Source of the DNA: an uncultured Verrucomicrobiae bacterium
GTDB lineage: Bacteria > Verrucomicrobiota > Verrucomicrobiia > Limisphaerales > Palsa-1400
NCBI GenBank assembly: GCA_963702845.1
Contig: OY969763.1
Coordinates: forward strand, 3,200,001 to 3,264,000
Direction of reading: 5' to 3'
Length of the DNA stretch: 64,000 bases
The translations under genes were made by a program, and so were the position numbers. Numbering within the stretch: position 1 is the first letter of the stretch; each line of letters opens with the position of its first letter. Shown in pieces: positions 50,609 to 61,126 of this stretch. The notes under the pieces were generated by a model. The model was not told the DNA's origin. It saw nothing but the letters and a program-made list of their open reading frames with translations, and searched no databases.

Positions 50609-53600
50609 ATGCACAATTGTCTCCGCAGTCGAACTGCCTTTGCATCTATCTTGTTATTGGCCTGGTGTGCTCTCGGGTCAAATTTACGCGGCGATTGCCC
50701 TTATATTGCGCTCACGCCATCCATTTTGGCGGATCAAACCAACGGCGTTCCGGTAGACATCACGTTTTCGGCCAGCAGTCCGACGTCTCAGCTTACGACG
50801 AGTCTGTCGGCAGCCCATTACCAGCATCAGGCCACGCTGCTTAATGATGGTAGAGTCCTGGTCGTTGGTGGCTTGGACGAGAACGCTAACGTCACCGCTG
50901 ATGCTGAGATTTATGATCCGACGACGGCGCTCTGGTCGACCGTGCCCCTGAGCCCCGCTGCTTATGAAAATGTGCAGGCGCTGCTGCCAAACGGGAAAGT
51001 GCTGGTGGCGGGCGGATACGATAACGATTTTAATGATGTATTAAGCGCTTATCTTTTCGACCCGACAAATAATACATGGTCCACGACAACGCCTCTGCCA
51101 TCAGGGCATCTTGGACCAGCTATAGTTCTGAAGGATGGGAGGGTCCTGGCCGTCGGAAATGATACGCTGCTCTACGATCCGGTTGCGCAAACCTGGACAC
51201 CATCGGGCTCACTCAATGAGCCGCGAGAAGATTTCACTTTCACCGCGACCTTGCTGGCTGATGGCAGGGTACTCGTCGTAGGCGGCCAAGGTGACATAGA
51301 CAATGTTTACGACTCCGAGATATACGATCCCTCCACTGGCACATGGATGGTGAGTGGCACGACCCACTACGGTTTTTACGATGCGACTGCGACGCTCTTG
51401 CCGAACGGTAAGGTGCTCGCTATCGGCGGCCTCAGCGACGCACCTCAAGCTGAAGTGTATGATCCGGCGACCGGACAATGGACCGTAGTGTCCGCTCCTG
51501 CGACAACCCGCTACGGTCATACGGCGACACTTTTATCGAATGGCCGAGTTATGATCCAGGGCGGAGTTAGTCGCGACGGCGAACTCCTCCAAACTGCCGA
51601 ACTATACGATTATGCGACGGACACCTGGTCGACGGCGGTACCAATGCAGGCGCATCACTTGGTAGGAAGCGCCACGTTACTTGGCGACGGCACAGTCCTT
51701 GTTGTCGGCGGCAGAGCGGATGACGATTATGTCGGCACGACGGCCGCCGAGATTTTCCATCCGAATATTCCGGTAACGGGAGCGACGTTCGCCGTGACGA
51801 GCGGAACATTGCCGAGCGGTTTGTCACTTGCGGCGAACGGTTTGCTAACGGGCACGCCAAATGAGTCCGGGACCAGCGCCTTTACGATCGCCGCAACAGA
51901 TACGAATGGGTGCATGGGTTCTCAGGATTATTCGGTTTCCATGACATGCTCGACGATTACGCTGACTCCCGCCTCACTTCCTGATGGACAGGCTGGGACT
52001 GTTTACCATCAGTCAATGTTAGGTTTCGGTGGAACGGCTCCTTACTCTTTTGCAGTGACGAGCGGCTCGCTGCCAAATGGCCTAAGCCTCGACTCCGGCA
52101 CAGGGGCCGTTTCCGGCACTCCAACTGCGACGGGCAGCGACACATTCACAATCACAGCGACGGATACCAACGGCTGTACCGGGAGCAGCAATTACACAGT
52201 CAATGTGGTTTGTCCGACCATTACGCTCGGAGGCTTGCCAAATCTCTTTACGACCCTGCACAGCTTCACGGCACTACGAGGTCTTGTGGGCACGAACAGC
52301 GACGGAGAGTATCCGAACGGATTGATTTTATCGGGCAACACCCTGTATGGGACGGCGCGAGTAGGCGGCAGTTCGGACAATGGCACGGTGTTCGCCGTCA
52401 ACACCGATGGCACGGGTTTTACGACCCTGCACAGTTTCACTGGCGGCAGCGACGGAGCTTTTCTGGTAACCGGCTTGATTTTATCGGGCAACACATTGTA
52501 TGGGACGACAGGGGATGGCGGCAGTTCGGGCGCTGGAACGGTGTTCGCCGTCAACACCGATGGCACGGGTTTTACGACCCTGCACAGCTTCACGGCACTA
52601 GGAGTTTTTACGGACACGAACAGCGACGGAGCTTATCCGAAGCGGCTTGATTTTATCGGGCAACACCCTGTATGGGACGGCGAACGTTGGCGGCAGTTCG
52701 GGCGGTGGCACGGTGTTCGCCGTCAACACCGATGGCACGGGTTTTACGACACTTCATAGTTTCACTCGCGGCAGCGACGGAGCTTATCCGAAGCGGCTTG
52801 ATTTTATCGGGCAACACCCTGTATGGGACGGCACCGCAGGGCGGCAGTTCCGACCAGTGGCACGGTGTTCGCCGTCAACACCGATGGCACCGGTTTTACG
52901 ACCCTGCACAGTTTCACAGGCACCATTAGGTCCGTTACTGGATTTGATACCAACAGCGACGGAGCTGGTCCGCAAGGCGGCTTGATTTTATCGGGCAACA
53001 CCCTGTATGGGACGGCGACCGTAGGCGGCAGTTCGGGCGCTGGAACGGTGTTCGCCGTCAACACCGATGGCACGGGTTTTACGACCCTGCATAGTTTCAC
53101 TGCAGCGACGGAGCTTATCCGACGTGCCGGCTTGATTTTATCGGGCAACACCCTGTATGGGACGGCGAACGGTGGCGACAGTTCGGGCGGTGGCACGGTG
53201 TTCGCCGTCAACACCGATGGCACGGGTTTTACGACCCTGCACAATTTCACTTTCGGCAGTGACGGAGAGTAATCCGAATGCCGGCTTGATTTTATCGGGC
53301 AACACCCTGTACGGGACGGCGACCGGAGGCGGCAGTTCGGGCGGTGGCACGGTGTTCAGTTTGGGTCCGAATTGCAATCTTGGAGTCAGCTACAACACAA
53401 TGATTGCGGCCAGTGGTGGCGTGCCGCCTTACGCCTATGCCATGACCAGCGGTTCATTGCCGAGCGGCTTGTCCCTAGGCACGAATGGTTCTCTGACCGG
53501 CATCCCGCTTGCCGTGGGCACGAGCACGTTCACTGTAACGGCAACGGAAACGAACGGCTGCACCGGCAGCACCGATTACACCGTGGCCGTTTTGCCCAGC

Positions 53601-54959
53601 GGCTCGCTCCTGGATACAACCAAGCCGACAATTAGTATCACTTCGCCCGCGAACAAAGGCGCATTCAGCTCGCCCTTGATCCAAATCTTGGGATCGGCGC
53701 ACGATTCACTGGGAACGGTAAAAAGCGGAGTTGTGCTGGTACGGTATTCGTTGAATGGCGGATCACAACAACTGGCGGGAACAATAAACAAATTCACCAA
53801 TTGGATGGAGAGCGTCACTTTGCAGCCAGGTTGGAACTCGTTTGTCGCGCAGGCACTGGACTTCCGCGGCAATGGGTCGCTCCTGGCCAGCAACATTTAT
53901 TTCTATGGCGCGACGGCAAATGCAGTCGGTAAATACAACGGTTTATTCTATGAAACCAATGGGTCTGGTGCGCCAGTCATCACCGAGCTAAGCGCGGGTG
54001 CTGTTCTGAACGTGAACGTCACAATCAGTCGCACCTATAGCGGCAGAATTTATCTGGCTGGGACGAATTATGCATTGGCAGGAAGTTTTGATCTCGCCGG
54101 AAACAGCGCCGCGACCGTCAGCCGGGCGCATTCAGGCAAGCCGGATTTGGCCGTGAACCTGCACGTTGATTGGACCGGCGCGACCAAGCAGATGACGGGG
54201 ACCGTTTCATGCCTGGCCGAAGGATGGTCCTCATCCTTGCTCGCCGATCTCGCCGTTTATAGCAGGGCGAATCCGTATCCTTCACCGGCTCGTTACACCA
54301 TGGCCATTCCACCTGCGACCAACGCGCCGACGGATTCACCCGGCGGCTACGGTTATGGGCTGGTTACGAATACGCCAGCTGGAATGATCTCGCTGACGGG
54401 CGCACTGGCGGATTCCACGCCGCTTTTGCAATCGGTGCCGATTGCACAGGGCGGTCGTTGGCCGTTGTATGTGAATTTATATAAAGGTCAGGGATTGCTG
54501 GAAGGTTGGCTGGATTTTAGCAGCGGTGTGCCTGCTGGTGAGGTGACTTGGATTAAACCAGCAAATCCTGCTGGAGTAAAACTGACGACTTACTTGGGCG
54601 GTTTCACCAACATGGTGACTGTCTTTGGATCTGTCTACGCACCAGTTGCACCTGCGATTACACCTGCCCACGGCCTGTTAGAGATTACTGATGGCTCGGG
54701 ATTGAGTTTGCCGCTCACGATCAATGCCGAGGTCAATAATAATAACACGATCGTATCATTGCCGGGCGCGACGAACACGTTGACCGGTTCGATTGCAGCC
54801 CCGACCGGATTGCTCAAGGTTAGTTTTCACCGGGTCGGCAAGGCTACAAAAAACGCCGTAGGTGTGGTGTTGCAGAGCAGTAATGCTGCATACGGGGCGT
54901 TTATCGGCAACAACGATGGAACGGGTAAGACCAACACGGGGGCAATTTATCTGCATTGA
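50609..54959 (+). CDS. Large secreted Kelch + putative-Ig + GloVer-type tandem repeat protein, broken by frameshifts within 52640-53275 (pseudogene or consensus error)
   Basis: ATLL.DGRVLVVGG..AEIYDP Kelch repeats; FAVTSGSLP.GLSL Ig units; 7 LILSGNTLYGT..GTVFAVNTDGTGFTTLHSF repeats spread over ORFs 50609-52759, 52647-52985, 52823-53272 and 53157-54959; C-terminal GKYNGLFYE domain. Confidence 0.8.
52245..53360 (+). repeat. Intragenic tandem repeat, 7 units of 150-184 bp
   Basis: TTGATTTTATCGGGCAACAC at 52322, 52475, 52647, 52798, 52982, 53132 and 53286. Confidence 0.95.
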
Positions 54960-55002
54960 GACACAACTTGGGAGCGGAAGTGGCTGCCAAAAATAACCAT
55001 AT

Positions 55003-55495
55003 CCTTCACGAGTTAAGTCTAGCCCCGGGCGAGTAGTGACAGAATTGTGGGTGAATCCGCGGAAATTGTGCAGCTACGTCTTGAAATTTTTTCTGAAATA
55101 TCCGAATCTCTTCCTGTCAACCGAACCCTGCGGTGCAGGGTTCGGTTGACCGGCCAACTCATTCCGGTGGAATGCAGCGCCACCGCCATTCGGGCCTTTC
55201 TCGGTGAGAGAGGGTTTATGCGATGCGTGAAAACGCGCCGCTCATATAACTCTTGAGCGTATAAAAAAATTCTGTGGCTGTTCGGAGCGAGGATTTTTGG
55301 AATTTGGCGAGGCTTTGACGAAGGATCATACCCGCAGCGGTCTGTGACTGAGTCGAAACGAAGCCAAAACTCAAAAAGACCGCTCTCCCCTCTGTTCAGC
55401 CGAATGGACACAGCATTTTTTTATACGCTCTGAAACTCAAAGAACCCTAAGAATCCGTCAGTGAACGGTTGACATTCGCCGACACAACATTCCGG
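55003..55495 (+). repeat. Dispersed intergenic repeat (central + 3' part) interrupted by a MITE
   Basis: Bridges the 5'-half copies (CAGAATTGTGGG..CAGCTACGTCTTGAAAT) and the 3' copies (TGCGTGAAAACGCG..AAGAATCCGTCA). Confidence 0.92.
55255..55430. mobile_element. 176-bp MITE
   Basis: Left end GAGCGTATAAAAAAATTCTGTGGCTGTTCGG; reverse complement of right end GAGCGTATAAAAAAATGCTGTGTCCATTCGG; absent from homologous sites at 32511 and 60425. No perfect target duplication seen. Confidence 0.85.
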
Positions 55496-55880
55496 TTTGG
55501 CACTTGCAGATATTTCGTCGCGATTGCTCTTGTCATAGAAAATGTCAAACATAAGATTCATTCATCCTAACTCTACTGCACATCGGAGCGGACTTGTATG
55601 CGTTCAACGCATCGGCACGGTAATAGGCATAGACAAAAGAATTAATCAATCGGAAGACATGGACGGGAATCAAATCCTTGGCCCTTCACATTATGAAAAC
55701 CATCACACTCCTCGCTTTAACGTTTCTGAGCGTCTGCTGTATTAACGCTTCCAGAACCATCTTCGCGGGCCGGGGTAACTATGGAAGCACCGGCAGCGCG
55801 GCGCGGTTCTAATTACCCGAGAACGTTACCACTGCCTCTACCGGACAATCCTCACCGTCGATATTCCTCCAAAAAAAGCT

Positions 55881-58800
55881 ATGAAAATCCAATCCATGTC
55901 TTCCTGTAAAATGTTCTTGGCCATACTGGCTCTAGCCATGCTCATCGGGATGCCGATGGCCGCCCGGGCGACCGTCACCATCAGCACCCAGCCGGTCAGC
56001 CTGGCGCTGACCCTCGGGGACCAGGCCGTCTTCAACGTCACCGCCTCCGGCGCCGGGACGCTTGCCTACCAGTGGAAAAAGAACGGGAACTCCATCGGCG
56101 GCGCCACCCTCGCGTATCTTCTGATCAACCCCGTGGCCTTCAGCGATGCGGGAAATTACACCGTGGACGTGACCGACACCGGCGGCACCGTGACCAGTAG
56201 CGCGGCTGGGCTGGGGGTCAATTCACCCAAGAGCGGCAGTCTGGATTTCTCCTTTGCCGGCGGCTCTGTTGTGGACGGCACGATCCAATCCGTGGCGGTG
56301 CAGAGCGATGGCAAGGTGCTCATCGGGGGAGGGTTCAGCACCGTCAACGGGACGTCGCGCAACTTCATCGCGCGTCTGAACAGTGACGGCACGTTGGACA
56401 CCGGATTTGGCAACGGCCTGGCCGGGGCCGACAGCACGGTCAATTCCGTGGCGGTGCAGAGCGATGGCAAGGTGCTCATCGGGGGAGCTTTCACCACCGT
56501 CAACGGGACGGCGCGCAACGGTATCGCGCGTTTGAACAGCGACGGCACGTTGGACACCGGATTTGGCAACGGCCTGGCCGGGGCCATCGCGGTCGTATCC
56601 GTGGCGGTGCAGAGCGATGGCAAGGTGCTCATCGGGGGAGGGTTCACCACCGTCAACGGGACGGCGCGCGGCAGTATCGCGCGTCTGAACAGCGACGGCA
56701 CTTTGGACACCACCTTTGGCAACGGCTTGGTCGGGGCCAACAACACGGTCAGATCCGTGGCGGTGCAGAGTGATGGCAAGGTGCTCATCGGAGGAGATTT
56801 CACCCTGGTCAACGGGACGGCGAGCGGGAGAATAGCGCGTCTGAACAGCGACGGCACTTTGGACACCACCTTTGGCAACGGCCTGGCCGGGGCCAACAAC
56901 ATGGTCTTTTCCGTGGCGGTGCAGAGTGATGGCAAGGTGCTCATCGGGGGAATTTTCCTCACCGTCAACGGGACGGTGCGAGCATACCTCGCCCGCCTCT
57001 ATAATGACTCCAGCGCAGATGCGGACCTCTCCGCTTTGACCCTTGGCTCGGGCTCGTTGTCGCCCACCTTTGCCTCGGGCACCATCACCTATTCCAACGC
57101 CATCGCTCTCAGCGCGAACAGCTTGACAGTCACACCCACCAGCAGCGCTGCAAGTGCCGTCATCCGCGTCCGCGTTAACGGAGGTGGCTACGCGACCGTG
57201 GCCTCGGCTACACCGAGCAGTGCCCTGCCGCTCAACGTCGGCCCCAACATCATCGAAGTGCAAGTCACTTCCGCTGGTTCCACTGTAGTCAAAACCTACA
57301 GCGTCACCGTGAATGCCGTTGATACTAACGCCCCGGTCATCACCCTCAGCGGCAACGCCTCAGTCACAGCGGAATGCCACACCTCCTATATCGATCTTGG
57401 CGCAACGGCTACCGACGACTTTGCCGGCAGTGTAGCCGTGACACCCGGCGGGAGCGTCGATATCAACAGCGTGGGCGACTATACTCTCAGCTATGTCGCT
57501 ACCGACCCAAGCGGCAATTCCGCCACCAACACCCGCGCCGTGCATGTGGTAGACACGACCGCGCCAAACATAACCGTCACCGGCAACGATCCGCTGATTG
57601 TCGAATGCCACGGCACGTTCTCCGATCCCGGTGCCACCGCGTCTGACACCTGCGCGGGCAACTTGACCGGCAGCATCAGCACCAGCGGTTCCGTCAATGC
57701 CAACGCGGTCGGTTCTTATACACTGACCTACAGCGTGTCGGATGGTTTCAACAGCACCTCTGCCACTCGCATTGTGACTGTGGGCGACTCGATTGCTCCG
57801 AGCGTTACCCTGAACGGTGCACCTGATGTCACCGTGGAATGTCATGGCGTCTACACCGAACTCGGTGCGACGGCCAGCGATTCCTGCGACGCCAGCGTTA
57901 CAACGGCCACCATCACCGGTGGATCGGTCAATGCGAACCTCGCTGGTGATTACACCTTGACCTATTCTGCGACCGATTCCGCGGGCAACAACAGCAGCTC
58001 GACCCGCGTGGTGACGGTGAGTGACGCTACGCCGCCGACGGTGGTGGCAAACGCGACCAATGTCATCGTTGAATGTCACGGGACGTTTACCGACGCCGGT
58101 GCAACGGTGGGAGATACCTGCGATTCTAATCCAGTGGTCGTAACCAATAACCCGGTCAACGACGATACAGTCGGTGTCTACACGGTCACTTACACCGCCA
58201 CCGACGCGGGCGGCAACAGCGCTTCGGCCACGACGCTAGTCACCGTCAGCGACACCCAGGCGCCAATCATTAGTGTTCTTCCTGGGGCCGTGACCACCGA
58301 ATGTCACGGCAGCTACACTGATCCCGGAGCGACGGCAAACGACGCATGCGAAGGCTCGGTCTCGGTCAATACCAGTGGCACGGTGGATGTGAATACGGTG
58401 GGTGATTACACCCTGACCTACAGCGCGACGGACAGCGCCAGCAACGCCTCAATCTCCTATCGCACTGTAACAGTCGCCGATACAACGGCTCCCCTTGTTA
58501 CCCTGAATGGTGGCGATTCTACCATTTGCCAGCTCAGTTCTTACTCGGAAGCCGGCGCGACGGCGAACGACAGTTGCGAAGGCAACCTAAGCGTGACGGT
58601 GACGGGTTCAGTCGATCCGGGCACCGTTGGTGCCTACACCTTGACCTACACCGCAACGGATTCGAGCAACAACTCAGGTTCACAAATCCGCGTCGTGAAC
58701 GTCATCGCTTGCACGCCGGTCATCAGCGTCCAACCGCAATCACAAAACCTCATCGCCAGCCAGACCCTGACCTTGAGTGTCACTGCTTCAGGCACGGGCA

Positions 58801-60095
58801 TCACCTATCAATGGAAGAAAGACGGTTCACCGATTGCCAACGCCACCGATTCGTCCTATTCCAAGGTGAACATCACCACGTCTGATGCTGGCTTTTACAG
58901 CGTCGATGTCACCGTCGGCGGTACCACTCCCAGCGATCCGGCGATGATCACCGTCAGCAATCTCGGCATCATCACTCAACCGCTCTCACAAAACGGCGTG
59001 GTCGGCACTACCAACACTTTCACGGTCGTTGCCGCAGGGACGCCGACGCTTCGCTATCAATGGCTGAAAAACGGCGTGAAGATTCCCAAAGCCACAAATT
59101 CCACGTGTGCCATCAAGGTCGCTGCGACCAGCGGAGCAATTTATTCGTGTGTGGTCAGCAATGGACCGGTTTCAACGGTGACCAGTTCTGGCGCCGCTCT
59201 CGCCATTTATGCGAAGACCACCATCACCAACCCGGCGAACAACAAGAACAAGACGCCAGGCAACAACGTGACCTTCAAAGCCGTTGGCCACGGGACCGGC
59301 ACGCTCAGCTACCAATGGGAATTCAATCCAGGCACGGGATTCGCAGGTCTGTCCGACAGCGCCCGCATCATCGGCTCCACTTCAAGTAACCTGACGATCA
59401 TCAACATTCAGTCAGGGGATATCGGAACCTACCGTTGCACTGCGGCTAATGTCGCCTCTTCCGCCACGTCGGACGGTATCGCGCATGGTATCTTGAGCGA
59501 GATTCCAGACGCCACCGCACCGGTCGTGACGATCCTGGCCCCGCTGAACAAGGCCAAAATGACTAATGGATTGGCTGTGACCGGCCAGACGAACGTCGCG
59601 CCCGAGGTTGATATCTCCGGCAAAGCGGTTGACAACGGATTGATCACCGACGTCACCCTGACACGAACAGTGCCGTTGAGTGCTGGCACGGCTGCCGTCA
59701 TGACTCACTCGAAACCCGGCAAAGTCACCTGGACCAACCATGTGACACTGGTGGATGGCACCAACACCTTTGTCGCCATGGCGACCGACTCAGCCGGCCT
59801 CATCGGGACCAGTGTCGCCCGGACCTACTACTTGCTCACACCGGCGACTCTTGCCGTCAACATCACCGGCAACGCCGGCAAGAGCAAAGTAGTTGGAAAA
59901 GCCTCAGCCTTTGGCACCCCGACCAACGGTGTGTCGTTGGACATCGGCATCGGCTACACGATCACAGCACAGCCGGCGGCGGGCAAAGTGTTCCTCAACT
60001 GGACCGACGCCTTCGACAATATTCTCACGACGAGCAAGACAAACAACTTCATCATGAGCAGTGGTTTGATGTTGAAAGCGAACTTCGCTCCGTAA
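55881..60095 (+). CDS. Large secreted protein: Ig, delta-60 repeats, cadherin-like beta-sandwich, 6 DUF5011-like repeats and further Ig domains
   Basis: Signal peptide; VAVQSDGKVLIGG.F..IARLNSDGTLDT repeats; ADLSALTL..LSPTF..LNVGPNII.VQVT; VECH..GATA.D.C repeats; YQWKKDG Ig domains. Confidence 0.88.
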   Translation: MKIQSMSSCKMFLAILALAMLIGMPMAARATVTISTQPVSLALTLGDQAVFNVTASGAGTLAYQWKKNGNSIGGATLAYLLINPVAFSDAGNYTVDVTDTGGTVTSSAAGLGVNSPKSGSLDFSFAGGSVVDGTIQSVAVQSDGKVLIGGGFSTVNGTSRNFIARLNSDGTLDTGFGNGLAGADSTVNSVAVQSDGKVLIGGAFTTVNGTARNGIARLNSDGTLDTGFGNGLAGAIAVVSVAVQSDGKVLIGGGFTTVNGTARGSIARLNSDGTLDTTFGNGLVGANNTVRSVAVQSDGKVLIGGDFTLVNGTASGRIARLNSDGTLDTTFGNGLAGANNMVFSVAVQSDGKVLIGGIFLTVNGTVRAYLARLYNDSSADADLSALTLGSGSLSPTFASGTITYSNAIALSANSLTVTPTSSAASAVIRVRVNGGGYATVASATPSSALPLNVGPNIIEVQVTSAGSTVVKTYSVTVNAVDTNAPVITLSGNASVTAECHTSYIDLGATATDDFAGSVAVTPGGSVDINSVGDYTLSYVATDPSGNSATNTRAVHVVDTTAPNITVTGNDPLIVECHGTFSDPGATASDTCAGNLTGSISTSGSVNANAVGSYTLTYSVSDGFNSTSATRIVTVGDSIAPSVTLNGAPDVTVECHGVYTELGATASDSCDASVTTATITGGSVNANLAGDYTLTYSATDSAGNNSSSTRVVTVSDATPPTVVANATNVIVECHGTFTDAGATVGDTCDSNPVVVTNNPVNDDTVGVYTVTYTATDAGGNSASATTLVTVSDTQAPIISVLPGAVTTECHGSYTDPGATANDACEGSVSVNTSGTVDVNTVGDYTLTYSATDSASNASISYRTVTVADTTAPLVTLNGGDSTICQLSSYSEAGATANDSCEGNLSVTVTGSVDPGTVGAYTLTYTATDSSNNSGSQIRVVNVIACTPVISVQPQSQNLIASQTLTLSVTASGTGITYQWKKDGSPIANATDSSYSKVNITTSDAGFYSVDVTVGGTTPSDPAMITVSNLGIITQPLSQNGVVGTTNTFTVVAAGTPTLRYQWLKNGVKIPKATNSTCAIKVAATSGAIYSCVVSNGPVSTVTSSGAALAIYAKTTITNPANNKNKTPGNNVTFKAVGHGTGTLSYQWEFNPGTGFAGLSDSARIIGSTSSNLTIINIQSGDIGTYRCTAANVASSATSDGIAHGILSEIPDATAPVVTILAPLNKAKMTNGLAVTGQTNVAPEVDISGKAVDNGLITDVTLTRTVPLSAGTAAVMTHSKPGKVTWTNHVTLVDGTNTFVAMATDSAGLIGTSVARTYYLLTPATLAVNITGNAGKSKVVGKASAFGTPTNGVSLDIGIGYTITAQPAAGKVFLNWTDAFDNILTTSKTNNFIMSSGLMLKANFAP
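56291..57000 (+). repeat. Intragenic tandem repeat (delta-60-like), 5 units of 153-156 bp
   Basis: CGTGGCGGTGCAGAG at 56291, 56447, 56600, 56756 and 56912, all in frame. Confidence 0.95.
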
Positions 60096-60115
60096 GCAGG
60101 CGGAAGAATATTTAA

Positions 60116-60149
60116 AGCGCCCTCGATGCAAATCGGGGGCGCTCTTTTT
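60116..60149 (+). terminator. Rho-independent terminator
   Basis: AGCGCCCTCGAT-GCAA-ATCGGGGGCGCT stem-loop followed by CTTTTT, 20 bp after the stop at 60095. Confidence 0.85.
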
Positions 60150-60286
60150 GTTGGTAACCCCATGTGCAGTGCCAAGGTGCAAGCAGTAGTAACGACCTGC
60201 TCGGAATTACTTCGACTTCTTACGACCGAATACGCCGCAATTCTCAAACATTTTCTTGCATTGTTTTTTAAGATTTATTAAATATT

Positions 60287-60532
60287 TTCCTGTCAATCAA
60301 CCCTGCGGTGCAGGGTTTGTGCGACCGGCCAACTCATTCCGGTGGAATGCAGCGCCCCCGCCACTCGGGCCTTTCTCGGTGAGAGAGGGTTTAAGCGAAT
60401 GCGTGAAAACGCGTCCGCCATATAACTCTAGAACTCTAAAACTCAAAGAATCCTAAGAATCCGTCAACGAACTGTTGTCGTTCGCTGACACCAACGTGCC
60501 GGCGTTTGTACCGGCTTTGAAAGATTGCAGCT
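60287..60532 (+). repeat. Dispersed repeat copy contiguous with the HTH gene (putative native context)
   Basis: TTCCTGTCAATCAACCCTGCGGTGCAGGG..AAGAATCCTAAGAATCCGTCAACGAACTGTTGTCGTTCGCTGAC leading to the ATG at 60533. Confidence 0.9.
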
Positions 60533-60943
60533 ATGCACACACCAGAGACCGTCCGTCGTTTTGTCGAACTCCGCGCCCGCGGTTGGACCTATGCGCGCCT
60601 GGAGACCGAACTCAATGTCACCAAACCCACCCTCATCGACTGGAGCCGCAAGCACCAGTTCGAGATCCAAAACCTTCACGCTATCGAGCTCGAAGCGATG
60701 CGCGCAAAGTGGCTCGCCTCGACATCGGAACATGTCGATGCCGTGGGCGAACAGTTGCGCCGTGTCGAAACCGAGCTCGCCACCCGCAATCTCACAGAAC
60801 TAACCACGCCTCAACTCATGAGCGCTGCCCGCAACCTGCGTCGCCAGATCGAGCAAGCCACCGGCCCGCTCCAGTTCAGCGTTCCCGTAAACGAAATTCC
60901 TTCCGCCGAATTCCATGAACAGGTCCAGGATTGGAAAGCCTGA
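60533..60943 (+). CDS. Small helix-turn-helix DNA-binding protein with a helical tail
   Basis: FVELRARGWTYARLETELNVTKPTLIDW is an HTH pattern like IS/terminase-small-subunit N-termini. No catalytic transposase domain visible. Confidence 0.75.
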   Translation: MHTPETVRRFVELRARGWTYARLETELNVTKPTLIDWSRKHQFEIQNLHAIELEAMRAKWLASTSEHVDAVGEQLRRVETELATRNLTELTTPQLMSAARNLRRQIEQATGPLQFSVPVNEIPSAEFHEQVQDWKA

Positions 60944-60959
60944 ACCACCAAATCGGTTG

Positions 60960-61126
60960 CCGGTAAAGAAAAGGTAAAGAAATGGTAAAGTTTTTATCGG
61001 TCGGGCGTGCGTGCGAACCGGACGTTCCGGACGCGCGCGCCGCTCTTCGGAGGTCAGGTGAGTAAACGTAAGTTGCGCTGTCGGACGTTCCGACCGGTAA
61101 AGAAAAAGTAAACAAATGGTAAAGTT
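60960..61126 (+). repeat. Two 33-bp direct repeats, each three phased 11-bp GGTAAAGAAAW units (iteron-like)
   Basis: CCGGTAAAGAAAAGGTAAAGAAATGGTAAAGTT (60960-60992) and CCGGTAAAGAAAAAGTAAACAAATGGTAAAGTT (61094-61126). Confidence 0.9.

Noticed and set aside
52245..53360. Diversity-generating retroelement acting on the tandem repeats
   Set aside because: No reverse transcriptase or separate template repeat; differences are not adenine-specific.
55125..55150. GGGTTCG as a tRNA T-arm remnant
   Set aside because: It is one arm of a palindrome; no GTTCRAATC loop, cloverleaf or CCA end.
60386..60429. GAAA-capped stem as group II intron domain V
   Set aside because: Lacks the AGC/CGC triad and typical 34-nt geometry; no domain VI or RT ORF.
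10245..60532. Dispersed repeats as a CRISPR array or integron attC sites
   Set aside because: Spacing is kilobases and lengths vary from 35 to 600 bp; no terminal RYYYAAC/GTTRRRY boxes; no cas or intI gene seen.
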